From the human T2T-CHM13v2.0 reference genome, Homo sapiens, in NCBI RefSeq assembly GCF_009914755.1, contig NC_060948.1: DNA of 64,000 nt. One strand, given 5' to 3'. Positions 36,369-55,706 of this stretch are shown here, one piece after another. The notes beneath the pieces are model-generated. The model did no database searches. It was not told where the DNA came from and worked only from the letters and a program-made list of their open reading frames with translations. The first letter of the stretch is position 1; every line of letters begins with the position of its first letter. Both the position numbers and the translations under genes were made by a program.

Positions 36369-38473
36369 AGATCCATATTTTTTAAATGAAAAAAAATTTC
36401 AAAGGTACTCTGCTTGGTACAATAATCAAATGTATAAACTGAGGAATAAAACATAACCATGAAACCTACTTATGACAGCATATGGAAAATGCAGAGGATA
36501 ATTTTTTAAATAACATATTTTGAAAGCCTTACCTAGTAATTTGAAGAGTTGGCATTTGAAAGGCCAGTATGAATATACCTTCAAAGCAGCAACACAGGTT
36601 CCCCATGAGAAAAATCAAACTCAGGGAAAATAAAACCACAAAGGTTCAATCTCTTCTGACCTTTGAAAGACACAGCACAGACAGTGGTCCTTAGGACGAA
36701 GAGCAGGAGACCCCTAATTCCGTCACCATGGCGATAGGGCATAAACATTGCTGGGTGAGGGCACAATCCACATTGTGAGGTCCAACTGCTGCCAGGAAGA
36801 CAGGAGTGCTTTTACATAGACCGAAAGGTCATTGAAGGCTCAGAGTTTTGTTTCAAGCACTGAATCCCAAGCCCACACGTTATTAGGCTGCGCTTCTTAA
36901 AACAAGTTATGAGATGGGAAAAAGGGCACCCACAAACATACGTATATATTATGTATATAATAATATACAGTATCATATATATAATATATATAACTTATGT
37001 ATAATATTGTTTTACATCCTGCATCTTCTGTTATATATATTGTATAAAATATAATAATTGATAATATATAAGTTTTATATATATACAATATGACATATAG
37101 TATATATTATAATTTATGACATATATAATATATGTTATGTATCATATATAGAATATATTATACGGTTAATATACGTATTAAATATAAATTATACATTATA
37201 TATATTATATATAATATATCTGTTATATATAATACCCATTATGCATAATATATATATTATGTCTATGTTATATATAGTATAAAACAACACATAATAATAT
37301 ACAATTGTATATATAAAATGCGACATATAATATATATTATATTTTATGACATATGTAATATATATTATATATTATATATAATACGTTGTAGGTATAATTC
37401 CTATATTAAATATATATTATAGGACTATGTTATTAATTACATGTCACATATGTTATATATTATATATTTTACATAGAATATACCGGTTACATACAATATA
37501 TACTATGTTACCTATAATGTATAATTTATTACATGTAAAATAAAGATTGCAATATACTATATATAATTTATAGTATACAATATGTGGATTGTGATATATA
37601 TAACATATAATATATGATATATGATATACAGTATATGATATATAACATACAATATATGATACCTAATATATATGGTATACAATATATATTTTATGATATG
37701 TATTCTCTATGTTTTATATTCTGTTATATATAACTATTTGAAATTATATATAACTGTATAATATTTTATGTAAATATGTAATATAATATATATAACTATA
37801 TAATATATTATATATAACTATATATTATGTTATATATAGTTTTATAACATAATTTACATAAAATATCATAATATAATATATATTATATTATTTCATATTA
37901 CATAATATATATTACATATCACCCAATATAAGTAACATACATAATATTATAATATAGATTATATTATGTTATATTAAATATCATATATATCATGTATCAT
38001 ATATTCTATAATATATATTACACATTATATAATATGTATGTTGTCTATTATGTGATATATAGAACTATATATATAATTATATTATTATACATATAACTAC
38101 ATAAACATGTAATTCTACATATTTTCATTTATAATATATAGAATTATATAATCATATATAATTATTTATATTCTATAAAAAATTATATCATTATATAAAT
38201 TATAATATATAAAAATTATAATATGTTTTACAAATATATATATTATATATCATATATGATATAGTACCTTTGTTATATATCATAATACATATAAATGTGT
38301 ATTATGTTATCTATAATTATATAAATTCATATATAAGATGTATAATATGTATCATATATTATATATGTTATGTAATATATATAGTATATATAAGCTGACA
38401 CAGGATAAATATTATATACTATGACATATAAAATATATGAGGTTATATGTTACATATAAGGCATAGCACATAA

Positions 38474-38788
<315 letters not shown>

Positions 38789-40893
38789 AGATCCATATTT
38801 TTTAAATGAAAAAAAATTTCAAAGGTACTCTGCTTGGTACAATAATCAAATGTATAAACTGAGGAATAAAACATAACCATGAAACCTACTTATAACTGCA
38901 TGTGGAAAATACAGAGGATAATTTTTTAAATAACATATTTTGAAAGCCTTAACTAGTAATTTGAAGAGTTGGCATTTGAAAGGCCAGTATGAATATACCT
39001 TCAAAGCAGCAACACAGGTTCCCCATGAGGAAAAGCAAACTCAGGGAAAATAAAACCACAAAGGTTCAATCTCTTCTGACCTTTGAAAGACACAGCACAG
39101 ACAGTGGTCCTTAGGACGAAGAGCAGGAGACCCCTAATTCCGTCACCATGGCGATAGGGCATAAACATTGCTGGGTGAGGGCACAATCCACATTGTGAGG
39201 TCCAACTGCTGCCAGGAAGACAGGACTGCTTTTACATAGACCGAAAGGTCATTGAAGGCTCAGAATTTTGTTTCAAGAACTGAATCCCAAGCCCACACGT
39301 TATTAGGCTGCGCTTCTTAAAACAGGTTATGAGATGGGAAAAAGGGCACCCACAAACATACGTATACATTATGTATATAATAATATACAGTATCATATAT
39401 ATAATATATATAACCTATGTATAATATTGTTTTACATCCTGCATCTTATGTTATATATATTGTATAAAATATAATAATTGATAATATATAAGTATTATAT
39501 TTATACAATATGGCATATAGTATATATTATAATTTATGACATATATAATATATGTTATATATCATATATATAATATATTATATGGTTAATATACGTATTA
39601 AATATAAATTTTACATTATATATATTATATAAAATATATCTGATATATATAATACCCATTATGCATAATATATATATTATGTATATGTTATATATAGTAT
39701 AAAACAACACATAATAATATATAATTCTATATATAAAATGCGACATATAATATATATTATATTTTACGACATATGTAATATATATTATATATTATATATA
39801 ATACGTTGTAGGTATAATTCCTATATTAAATATATATTATAGGACTATGTTATTAATTACATGTCACATATGTTATATATTATATATTTTACATAGAATA
39901 TACCGGTTACATACAATATATACTATGTTACCTATAATGTATAATTTATTACATGTAAAATAAAGATTGCAATATATTATGTATAATTTATAGTATACAA
40001 TATGTGGATTGTGATATATATAACATATAATATATGATATATGATATACAGTATATGATATATAACATGCAATATATGATACCTAATATATATGGTATAC
40101 AATATATATTTTATGATATGTATTCTATATGTTTTATATTCTGTTATATATAAGTATTTGAAATTATATATAACTGTATAATATTTTATGTAAATATGTA
40201 ATATAATATATATAACTATATAATATATTATATATAACTATATATTATGTTATATATAGTTTTATAACATAATTTACATAAAATATCATAATATAATATA
40301 TATTATATTATTTCATATTACATAATATATATTACATATCACCCAATATAAGTAACATACATAATATTATAATATAGATTATATTATGTTATATTAAATA
40401 TCATATATATCATGTATCATATATTCTATAATATATATTACACATTATATAATATGTATGTTGTCTATTATGTGATATATAGAACTATATATATAATTAT
40501 ATTATTATACATATAACTACATAAACATGTAATTCTAAATATTTTCATTTATAATATATAGAATTATATAATCATATATAATTATTTATATTCTATAAAA
40601 AATTATATCATTATATAAATTATAATATATAAAAATTATAATATGTACTACAAATATATATATTATATATCATATATGATATAGTACCTTTGTTATATAT
40701 CATAATACATATAAATGTGTATTATGTTATCTATAATTATATAAATTCATATATAAGATGTATAATATGTATCATATATTATATATGTTATGTAATATAT
40801 ATAGTATATATAAGCTGACACAGGATAAATATTATATACTATGACATATAAAATATATGAGGTTATATGTTACATATAAGGCATAGCACATAA

Positions 40894-41208
<315 letters not shown>

Positions 41209-43336
41209 AGATCCATATTTTTTAAATGAAAAAAAATTTCAAAGGTACTCTGCTTGGTACAATAATCAAATGTATAAACTGAGGAATAAAACATAACCAT
41301 GAAACCTACTTATAACTGCATATGGAAAATACAGAGGATAATTTTTTAAATAACATATTTTGAAAGCCTTAACTAGTAATTTGAAGAGTTGGTATTTGAA
41401 AGGCCAGTATGAATATACCTTCAAAGCAGCAACACAGGTTCCCCATGAGGAAAAGCAAACTCAGGGAAAATAAAACCACAAAGGTTCAATCTCTTCTGAC
41501 CTTTGAAAGACACAGCACAGACAGTGGTCCTTAGGACGAAGAGCAGGAGACCCCTAATTCCGTCACCATGGCGATAGGGCATAAACATTGCTGGGTGAGG
41601 GCACAATCCACATTGTGAGGTCCAACTGCTGCCAGGAAGACAGGACTGCTTTTACATAGACCGAAAGGTCATTGAAGGCTCAGAGTTTTGTTTCAAGAAC
41701 TGAATCCCAAGCCCACACGTTATTAGGCTGCGCTTCTTAAAACAGGTTATGAGATGGGAAAAAGGGCACCCACAAACATACGTATACATTATGTATATAA
41801 TAATATACAGTATCATATATATAATATATATAACCTATGTATAATATTGTTTTACATCCTGCATCTTATGTTATATATATTGTATAAAATATAATAATTG
41901 ATAATATATAAGTATTATATTTATACAATATGGCATATAGTATATATTATAATTTATGACATATATAATATATGTTATATATCATATATATAATATATTA
42001 TATGGTTAATATACGTATTAAATATAAATTTTACATTATATATATTATATAAAATATATCTGATATATATAATACCCATTATGCATAATATATATATTAT
42101 GTCTATGTTATATATAGTATAAAACAACACATAATAATATATAATTCTATATATAAAATGCGACATATAATATATATTATATTTTACGACATATGTAATA
42201 TATATTATATATTATATATAATACGTTGTAGGTATAATTCCTATATTAAATATATATTATAGGACTATGTTATTAATTACATGTCACATATGTTATATAT
42301 TATATATTTTACATAGAATATACCGGTTACATACAATATATACTATGTTACCTATAATGTATAATTTATTACATGTAAAATAAAGATTGCAATATATTAT
42401 GTATAATTTATAGTATACAATATGTGGATTGTGATATATATAACATATAATATATGATATATGATATACAGTATATGATATATAACATGCAATATATGAT
42501 ACCTAATATATATGGTATACAATATATATTTTATGATATGTATTCTATATGTTTTATATTCTGTTATATATAACTATTTGAAATTATATATAACTGTATA
42601 ATATTTTATGTAAATATGTAATATAATATATATAACTATATAATATATTATATATAACTATATATTATGTTATATATAGTTTTATAACATAATTTACATA
42701 AAATATCATAATATAATATATATTATATTATTTCATATTACATAATATATATTACATATCACCCAATATAAGTAACATACATAATATTATAATATAGATT
42801 ATATTATGTTATATTAAATATCATATATATCATGTATCATATATTCTATAATATATATTACACATTATATAATATGTATGTTGTCTATTATGTGATATAT
42901 AGAACTATATATATAATTATATTATTATACATATAACTACATAAACATGTAATTCTAAATATTTTCATTTATAATATATAGAATTATATAATCATATATA
43001 ATTATTTATATTCTATAAAAAATTATATCATTATATAAATTATAATATATAAAAATTATAATATGTACTACAAATATATATATTATATATCATATATGAT
43101 ATAGTACCTTTGTTATATATCATAATACATATAAATGTGTATTATGTTATCTATAATTATATAAATTCATATATAAGATGTATAATATGTATCATATATT
43201 ATATATGTTATGTAATATATATAGTATATATAAGCTGACACAGGATAAATATTATATACTATGACATATAAAATATATGAGGTTATATGTTACATATAAG
43301 GCATAGCACATAACATGTAACATATATCATATATAA

Positions 43337-43628
43337 TTTTTTTTTAGACAGAGTCTTGTCCTTTTGCACAGGGTGGAGTACAATGGCGTCATCTTTGCTC
43401 ACTGCAACAACTGCCTCACGGGTCCAAGCGATTGTCCTCCCTCAGCCTCCCAGGTAGCTGGGACTACACCACACTGGGACTACACCAGCTGCCACCATGC
43501 CTAGCTAATTTTTTGGATTTTTAGTAGTGACACCATTTCACTGTATTGGCCAGGATGGTCTTGATCTCTTCACCTTGTGATCCCCTTGCCTTGGCCTCCA
43601 AATTTGCTGGGATTACAGGCCTGAGCCA
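43337..43628 (-). mobile_element. Alu, DYZ2 copy 16
   Basis: Near-identical to copy 1. Confidence 0.93.
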
Positions 43629-45729
43629 AGATCCATATTTTTTAAATGAAAAAAAATTTCAAAGGTACTCTGCTTGGTACAATAATCAAATGTATAAACT
43701 GAGGAATAAAACATAACCATGAAACCTACTTATAACTGCATATGGAAAATACAGAGGATAATTTTTTAAATAACATATTTTGAAAGCCTTAACTAGTAAT
43801 TTGAAGAGTTGGTATTTGAAAGGCCAGTATGAATATACCTTCAAAGCAGCAACACAGGTTCCCCATGAGGAAAAGCAAACTCAGGGAAAATAAAACCACA
43901 AAGGTTCAATCTCTTCTGACCTTTGAAAGACACAGCACAGACAGTGGTCCTTAGGACGAAGAGCAGGAGACCCCTAATTCCGTCACCATGGCGATAGGGC
44001 ATAAACATTGCTGGGTGAGGGCACAATCCACATTGTGAGGTCCAACTGCTGCCAGGAAGACAGGAGTGCTTTTACATAGACCGAAAGGTCATTGAAGGCT
44101 CAGAGTTTTGTTTCAAGAACTGAATCCCAAGCCCACACGTTATTAGGCTGCGCTTCTTAAAACAGGTTATGAGATGGGAAAAAGGGCACCCACAAACATA
44201 CGTATACATTATGTATATAATAATATACAGTATCATATATATAATATATATAACCTATGTATAATATTGTTTTACATCCTGCATCTTATGTTATATATAT
44301 TGTATAAAATATAATAATTGATAATATATAAGTATTATATTTATACAATATGGCATATAGTATATATTATAATTTATGACATATATAATATATGTTATAT
44401 ATCATATATAGAATATATTATATGGTTAATATACGTATTAAATATAAATTTTACATTATATATATTATATATAATATATCTGATATATATAATACCCATT
44501 ATGCATAATATATATATTATGTCTATGTTATATATAGTATAAAACAACACATAATAATATATAATTGTATATATAAAATGCGACATATAATATATATTAT
44601 ATTTTACGACATATGTAATATATATTATATATTATATATAATACGTTGTAGGTATAATTCCTATATTAAATATATATTATAGGACTATGTTATTAATTAC
44701 ATGTCACATATGTTATATATTATATATTTTACATAGAATATACCGGTTACATACAATATATACTATGTTACCTATAATGTATAATTTATTACATGTAAAA
44801 TAAAGAATGCAATATATTATGTATAATTTATAATATACAATATGTGGAATGTGATATATATAACATATAATATATGATATATGATATACAGTATATGATA
44901 TATAACATACAATGTATGATACCTAATATATATGGTATACAATATATATTTTATGATATGTATTCTATATGTTTTATATTCTGTTATATATAACTATTTG
45001 AAATTATATATAACTGTATAATATTTTATGTAAATATGTAATATAATATATAACTATATAATATATTATATATAACTATATATTATGTTATATATACTTT
45101 TATAACATAATTTACATAAAATATCATAATATAATATATATTATATTATTTCATATTACATAATATATATTACATATCACCCAATATAAGTAACATACAT
45201 AATATTATAATATAGATTATATTATGTTATATTAAATATCATATATATCATGTATCATATATTCTATAGTATATATGATACATTATATAATATGTATGTT
45301 GTCTATTATGTGATATATATAACTATATATAATTATATTATTATACATATTACTAGATAAACATGTAATTCTACATATTTTCATTTATAATATATAGAAT
45401 TATATAATCATATATAATTATTTATATTCTATAAAAAATTATATCATTATATAAATTATAATATATAAAAATTATAATATGTACTACAAATATATATATT
45501 ATATATCATATATGATATAGTACCTTTGTTATATATCATAATACATATAAATGTGTATTATGTTATCTATAATTATATAATTTCATATATAAGATGTATA
45601 ATATGTATTATATATTATATATGTTATGTAATATATATAGTATATATAAGATGACACAGGATAAATATTATATACTATGACATATAAAATATATGAGGTT
45701 ATATGTTACATATAAGGCATAGCACATAA

Positions 45730-46044
<315 letters not shown>

Positions 46045-48143
46045 AGATCCATATTTTTTAAATGAAAAAAAATTTCAAAGGTACTCTGCTTGGTACAATA
46101 ATCAAATGTATAAACTGAGGAATAAAACATAACCATGAAACCTACTTATAACTGCATATGGAAAATACAGAGGATAATTTTTTAAATAACATATTTTGAA
46201 AGCCTTAACTAGTAATTTGAAGAGTTGGCATTTGAAAGGCCAGTATGAATATGCCTTCAAAGCAGCAACACAGGTTCCCCATGAGAAAAAGCAAACTCAG
46301 GGAAAATAAAACCACAAAGGTTCAATCTCTTCTGACCTTTGAAAGACACAGCACAGACAGTGGTCCTTAGGACGAAGAGCAGGAGACCCCTAATTCCGTC
46401 ACCATGGCGATAGGGCATAAACATTGCTGGGTGAGGGCACAATCCACATTGTGAGGTCCAACTGCTGCCAGGAAGACAGGAGTGCTTTTACATAGACCGA
46501 AAGGTCATTGAAGGCTCAGAGTTTTGTTTCAAGAACTGAATCCCAAGCCCACACGTTATTAGGCTGCGCTTCTTAAAACAAGTTATGAGATGGGAAAAAG
46601 GGCACCTACAAACATACGTATACATTATGTATATAATAATATACAGTATCATATATATAATATATATAACCCATGTATAATATTGTTTTACATCCTGCAT
46701 CTTATATTATATATATTGTATAAAATATAATAATTGATAATATATAAATTTTATATTTATACAATATGACATATAGTATATATTATAATTTATTACATAT
46801 ATAATATATGTTATATATCATATATAGAATATATTATACGGTTAATATACGTATTAAATATAAATTATACATTATATATATTATATATAATATATCTGCT
46901 ATATATAATACCCATTGTGCATAATATATATATTATGTCTATGTTATATATAGTATAAAACAACATATAATAATATATAATTGTATATATAAAACGCGAC
47001 ATATAATATATATTATATTTTATGACATATGTAATATATATTATATATTATATATAATACGTTGTATGTATAATACCTATATTAAATATAAATTATATGA
47101 CTATGTTATTAATTACATGTCACATATGTTATATATTATATATTTTACATAGAATATACCGGTTACATACAATATATACTATGTTACCTATAATGTATAA
47201 TTTATTACATGTAAAATAAAGAATGCAATATATTATGTATAATTTATAATATACAATATGTGGAATGTGATATATATAACATATAATATATGATATATGA
47301 TATACAGTATATGATATATAACATACAATATATGATACCTAATATATATGGTATACAATATATATTTTATGATATGTATTCTATATGTTTTATATTCTGA
47401 TATATATAACTATTTGAAATTATATATAACTGTATAATATTTTATGTAAATATGTAATATAATATATAACTATATAATATATTATATATAACTATATATT
47501 ATGTTATATATACTTTTATAACATAATTTACATAAAATATCATAATATAATATATATTATATTATTTCATATTACATAATATATATTACATATCACCCAA
47601 TATAAGTAACATACATAATATTATAATATAGATTATATTATGTTATATTAAATATCATATATATCATGTATCATATATTCTATAATATATATGATACATT
47701 ATATAATATGTATGCTGTCTATTATGTGATATATATAACTATATATAATTATATTATTATACATATTACTAGATAAACGTAATTCTACATATTTTCATTT
47801 ATAATATATAGAATTATATAATCATATATAATTATTTATATTCTATAAAAAATTATATCATTATATAAATTATAATATATAAAAATTATAATATGTACTA
47901 CAAATATATATATTATATATCATATATGATATAGTACCTTTGTTATATATCATAATACATATAAATGTGTATTATGTTATCTATAATTATATAATTTCAT
48001 ATATAAGATGTATAATATGTATTATATATTATATATGTTATGTAATATATATAGTATATATAAGATGACACAGGATAAATATTATATACTATGACATATA
48101 AAATATATGAGGTTATATGTTACATATAAGGCATAGCACATAA

Positions 48144-48458
<315 letters not shown>

Positions 48459-50586
48459 AGATCCATATTTTTTAAATGAAAAAAAATTTCAAAGGTACTC
48501 TGCTTGGTACAATAATCAAATGTATAAACTGAGGAATAAAACATAACCATGAAACCTACTTATAACTGCATATGGAAAATACAGAGGATAATTTTTTAAA
48601 TCACATATTTTGAAAGCCTTAACTAGTAATTTGAAGAGTTGGCATTTGAAAGGCCAGTATGAATATACCTTCAAAGCAGCAACACAGGTTCCCCATGAGA
48701 AAAAGCAAACTCAGGGAAAATAAAACCACAAAGGTTCAATCTCTTCTGACCTTTGAAAGACACAGCACAGACAGTGGTCCTTAGGACGAAGAGCAGGAGA
48801 CCCCTAATTCCGTCACCATGGCGATAGGGCATAAACATTGCTGGGTGAGGGCACAATCCACATTGTGAGGTCCAACTGCTGCCAGGAAGACAGGAGTGCT
48901 TTTACATAGACCGAAAGGTCATTGAAGGCTCAGAGTTTTGTTTCAAGAACTGAATCCCAAGCCCACACGTTATTAGGCTGCGCTTCTTAAAACAAGTTAT
49001 GAGATGGGAAAAAGGGCACCCACAAACATACGTATACATTATGTATATAATAATATACAGTATCATATATATAATATATATAACCCATGTATAATATTGT
49101 TTTACATCCTGCATCTTATATTATATATATTGTATAAAATGTAATAATTGATAAAATATAAGTTTTATATTTATACAATATGACATATAGTATATATTAT
49201 AATTTATGACATATATAATATATGTTATATATCATATATAGAATATATTATACGGTTAATATACGTATTAAATATAAATTATACATTATATATATTATAT
49301 AAAATATATCTGTTATATATAATACCCATTATGCATAATATATATATTATGTCTATGTTATATATACTATAAAACAACATATAATAATATATAACTGTAT
49401 ATATAAAACGCGACATATAATATATATTATATTTTATGACATATGTAATATATATTATATATTATATATAATACGTTGTATGTATAATACCTATATTAAA
49501 TATATATTATATGACTATGTTATTAATTACATGTCACATATGTTATATATTATATATTTTACATAGAATATACCGGTTACATACAATATATACTATGTTA
49601 CCTATAATGTATAATTGATTACATGTAAAATAAAGAATGCAATATATTATGTATAATTTATAATATACAATATGTGGAATGTGATATATATAACATATAA
49701 TATATGATATATGATATACAGTATATGATATATAACATACAATATATGATACCTGATATATATGGTATACAATATATATTTTATGATATGTATTCTCTAT
49801 GTTTTATATTCTTTTATATATAACTATTTGAAATTATATATAACTGTATAATATTTTATGTAAATATGTAATATAATATATATAACTATATAATATTTTA
49901 TATATAACTATATATTATGTTATATATACTTTTATAACATAATTTACATAAAATATCATAATATAATATATATTATATTATTTCATATTACATAATATAC
50001 ATTCCATATGACCCAATATAAGTAACATACATAATATTATAATATAGATTATATTATGTTATATTAAATTTCATATATATCATGTATCATATATTCCATA
50101 ATATATATTATACATTATATAATATGTATGCTGTCTATTATGTGATATATATAACTAAATATATAATTATATTGTGATACATATAACTAGATAAACATGT
50201 AATTCTACATATTTTCATTTATAATATATAAAATTATATAATCATATATAATTATTTATATTCTATAAAAAATTATATCATTATATAAATTATAATATAT
50301 AAAAATCATAATATGTCCTACAAATATATATATTATATATCATATATGATATAGTACCTTTGTTATATATCATAATACATATAAATGTGTATTATGTTAT
50401 CTATAATTATATAATTTCATATATAAGATGTATAATATATATTATATATTATATATGTTATGTAATATATATAGTATATATAAGATGTCACAGGATAAAT
50501 ATTATATACTATGACATATAAAATATATGAGGTTATATGTTACATATAAGGCATAGCACATAACATGTAATATATATCATCTATAA

Positions 50587-50878
50587 TTTTTTTTTAGACA
50601 GTGTCTTGTCCTGTTGCACAGGGTGGAGTACAATGGCGCCATCTTTGCTCACTGCAACATCGGCCTCACGGGTCCAAGCGATTGTCCTCCCTCAGCCTGC
50701 CAGGTAGCTGGGACTACACCACACTGGGACTACACCAGCTGCCACCATGCCTAGCTAATTTTTTGGATTTTTAGTAGTGACAGCGTTTCACTGTATTGGC
50801 CAGGATGGTCTTGATCTCTTCACCTTGTGATCCCCTTGCCTTGGCCTCCAAATTTGCTGGGATTACAGGCCTGAGCCA
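50587..50878 (-). mobile_element. Alu, DYZ2 copy 19
   Basis: Near-identical to copy 1. Confidence 0.93.
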
Positions 50879-52977
50879 AGATCCATATTTTTTAAATGAA
50901 AAAAAATTTCAAAGGTACTCTGCTTGGTACAATAATCAAATGTATAAACTGAGGAATAAAACATAACCATGAAACCTACTTATAACTGCATATGGAAAAT
51001 ACAGAGGATAATTTTTTAAATAACATATTTTGAAAGCCTTAACTAGTAAATTGAAGAGTTGGCATTTGAAAGGCCAGTATGAATATACCTTCAAAGCAGC
51101 AACACAGGTTCCCCATGAGAAAAAGCAAACTCAGGGAAAATAAAACCACAAAGGTTCAATCTCTTCTGACCTTTGAAAGACACAGCACAGACAGTGGTCC
51201 TTAGGACGAAGAGCAGGAGACCCCTAATTCCGTCACCATGGCGATAGGGCATAAACATTGCTGGGTGAGGGCACAATCCACATTGTGAGGTCCAACTGCT
51301 GCCAGGAAGACAGGAGTGCTTTTACATAGACCGAAAGGTCATTGAAGGCTCAGAGTTTTGTTTCAAGAACTGAATCCCAAGCCCACACGTTATTAGGCTG
51401 CGCTTCTTAAAACAAGTTATGAGATGGGAAAAAGGGCACCTACAAACATACGTATACATTATGTATATAATAATATACAGTATCATATATATAATATATA
51501 TAACCCATGTATAATATTGTTTTACATCCTGCATCTTATATTATATATATTGTATAAAATATAATAATTGATAATATATAAATTTTATATTTATACAATA
51601 TGACCTATAGTATATATTATAATTTATTACATATATAATATATGTTATATATCATATATAGAATATATTATACGGTTAATATACGTATTAAATATAAATT
51701 ATACATTATATATATTATATATAATATATCTGCTATATATAATACCCATTGTGCATAATATATATATTATGTCTATGTTATATAATATAAAACAACATAT
51801 AATAATATATAATTGCATATATAAAACGCGACATATAATATATATTATATTTTATGACATATGTAATATATATTATATATTATATATAATACGTTGTATG
51901 TATAATACCTATATTAAATATAAATTATATGACTATGTTATTAATTACATGTCACATATCTTATATATTATATATTTTACATAGAATATACCGGTTACAT
52001 ACAATATATACTATGTTACCTATAATGTATAATTTATTACATGTAAAATAAAGAATGCAATATATTATGTATAATTTATAATATACAATATGTGGAATGT
52101 GATATATATAACATATAATATATGATATATGATATACAGTATATGATATATAACATACAATATATGATACCTAATATATATGGTATACAATATATATTTT
52201 ATGATATGTATTCTATATGTTTTATATTCTGATATATATAACTATTTGAAATTATATATAACTGTATAATATTTTATGTAAATATGTAATATAATATATA
52301 ACTATATAATATATTATATATAACTATATATTATGTTATATATACTTTTATAACATAATTTACATAAAATATCATAATATAATATATATTATATTATTTC
52401 ATATTACATAATATATATTACATATCACCCAATATAAGTAACATACATAATATTATAATATAGATTATATTATGTTATATTAAATATCATATATATCATG
52501 TATCATATATTCTATAATATATATGATACATTATATAATATGTATGTTGTCTATTATGTGATATATATAACTATATATAATTATATTATTATACATATTA
52601 CTAGATAAACATGTAATTCTACATATTTTCATTTATAATATATAGAATTATATAATCATATATAATTATTTATATTCTATAAAAAATTATATCATTATAT
52701 AAATTATAATATATAAAAATTATAATATGTACTACAAATATATATATTATATATCATATATGATATAGTACCTTTGTTATATATCATAATACATATAAAT
52801 GTGTATTATGTTATCTATAATTATATAATTTCATATATAAGATGTATAATATGTATTATATATTATATATGTTATGTAATATATATAGTATATATAAGAT
52901 GACACAGGATAAATATTATATACTATGACATATAAAATATATGAGGTTATATGTTACATATAAGGCATAGCACATAA

Positions 52978-53292
<315 letters not shown>

Positions 53293-55391
53293 AGATCCAT
53301 ATTTTTTAAATGAAAAAAAATTTCAAAGGTACTCTGCTTGGTACAATAATCAAATGTATAAACTGAGGAATAAAACATAACCATGAAACCTACTTATAAC
53401 TGCATATGGAAAATACAGAGGATAATTTTTTAAATAACATATTTTGAAAGCCTTAACTAGTAATTTGAAGAGTTGGCATTTGAAAGGCCAGTATGAATAC
53501 ACCTTCAAAGCAGCAACACAGGTTCCCCATGAGAAAAAGCAAACTCAGGGAAAATAAAACCACAAAGGTTCAATCTCTTCTGACCTTTGAAAGACACAGC
53601 ACAGACAGTGGTCCTTAGGACGAAGAGCAGGAGACCCCTAATTCCGTCACCATGGCGATAGGGCATAAACATTGCTGGGTGAGGGCACAATCCACATTGT
53701 GAGGTCCAACTGCTGCCAGGAAGACAGGAGTGCTTTTACATAGACCGAAAGGTCATTGAAGGCTCAGAGTTTTGTTTCAAGAACTGAATCCCAAGCCCAC
53801 ACGTTATTAGGCTGCGTTTCTTAAAACAAGTTATGAGATGGGAAAAAGGGCACCTACAAACATACGTATACATTATGTATATAATAATATACAGTATCAT
53901 ATATATAATATATATAACCCATGTATAATATTGTTTTACATCCTGCATCTTATATTATATATATTGTATAAAATATAATAATTGATAATATATAAATTTT
54001 ATATTTATACAATATGACATATAGTATATATTATAATTTATTACATATATAATATATGTTATATATCATATATAGAATATATTATACGGTTAATATACGT
54101 ATTAAATATAAATTATACATTATATATATTATATATAATATATCTGCTATATATAATACCCATTGTGCATAATATATATATTATGTCTATGTTATATAAT
54201 ATAAAACAACATATAATAATATATAATTGCATATATAAAACGCGACATATAATATATATTATATTTTATGACATATGTAATATATATTATATATTATATA
54301 TAATACGTTGTATGTATAATACCTATATTAAATATAAATTATATGACTATGTTATTAATTACATGTCACATATGTTATATATTATATATTTTACATAGAA
54401 TATACCGGTTACATACAATATATACTATGTTACCTATAATGTATAATTTATTACATGTAAAATAAAGAATGCAATATATTATGTATAATTTATAATATAC
54501 AATATGTGGAATGTGATATATATAACATATAATATATGATATATGATATACAGTATATGATATATAACATACAATATATGATACCTAATATATATGGTAT
54601 ACAATATATATTTTATGATATGTATTCTATATGTTTTATATTCTGATATATATAACTATTTGAAATTATATATAACTGTATAATATTTTATGTAAATATG
54701 TAATATAATATATAACTATATAATATATTATATATAACTATATATTATGTTATATATACTTTTATAACATAATTTACATAAAATATCATAATATAATATA
54801 TATTATATTATTTCATATTACATAATATATATTACATATCACCCAATATAAGTAACATACATAATATTATAATATAGATTATATTATGTTATATTAAATA
54901 TCATATATATCATGTATCATATATTCTATAATATATATGATACATTATATAATATGTATGCTGTCTATTATGTGATATATATAACTATATATAATTATAT
55001 TATTATACATATTACTAGATAAACATGTAATTCTACATATTTTCCTTTATAATATATAGAATTATATAATCATATATAATTATTTATATTCTATAAAAAA
55101 TTATATCATTATATAAATTATAATATATAAAAATTATAATATGTACTACAAATATATATATTATATATCATATATGATATAGTACCTTTGTTATATATCA
55201 TAATACATATAAATGTGTATTATGTTATCTATAATTATATAATTTCATATATAAGATGTATAATATGTATTATATATTATATATGTTATGTAATATATAT
55301 AGTATATATAAGATGACACAGGATAAATATTATATACTATGACATATAAAATATATGAGGTTATATGTTACATATAAGGCATAGCACATAA

Positions 55392-55706
<315 letters not shown>

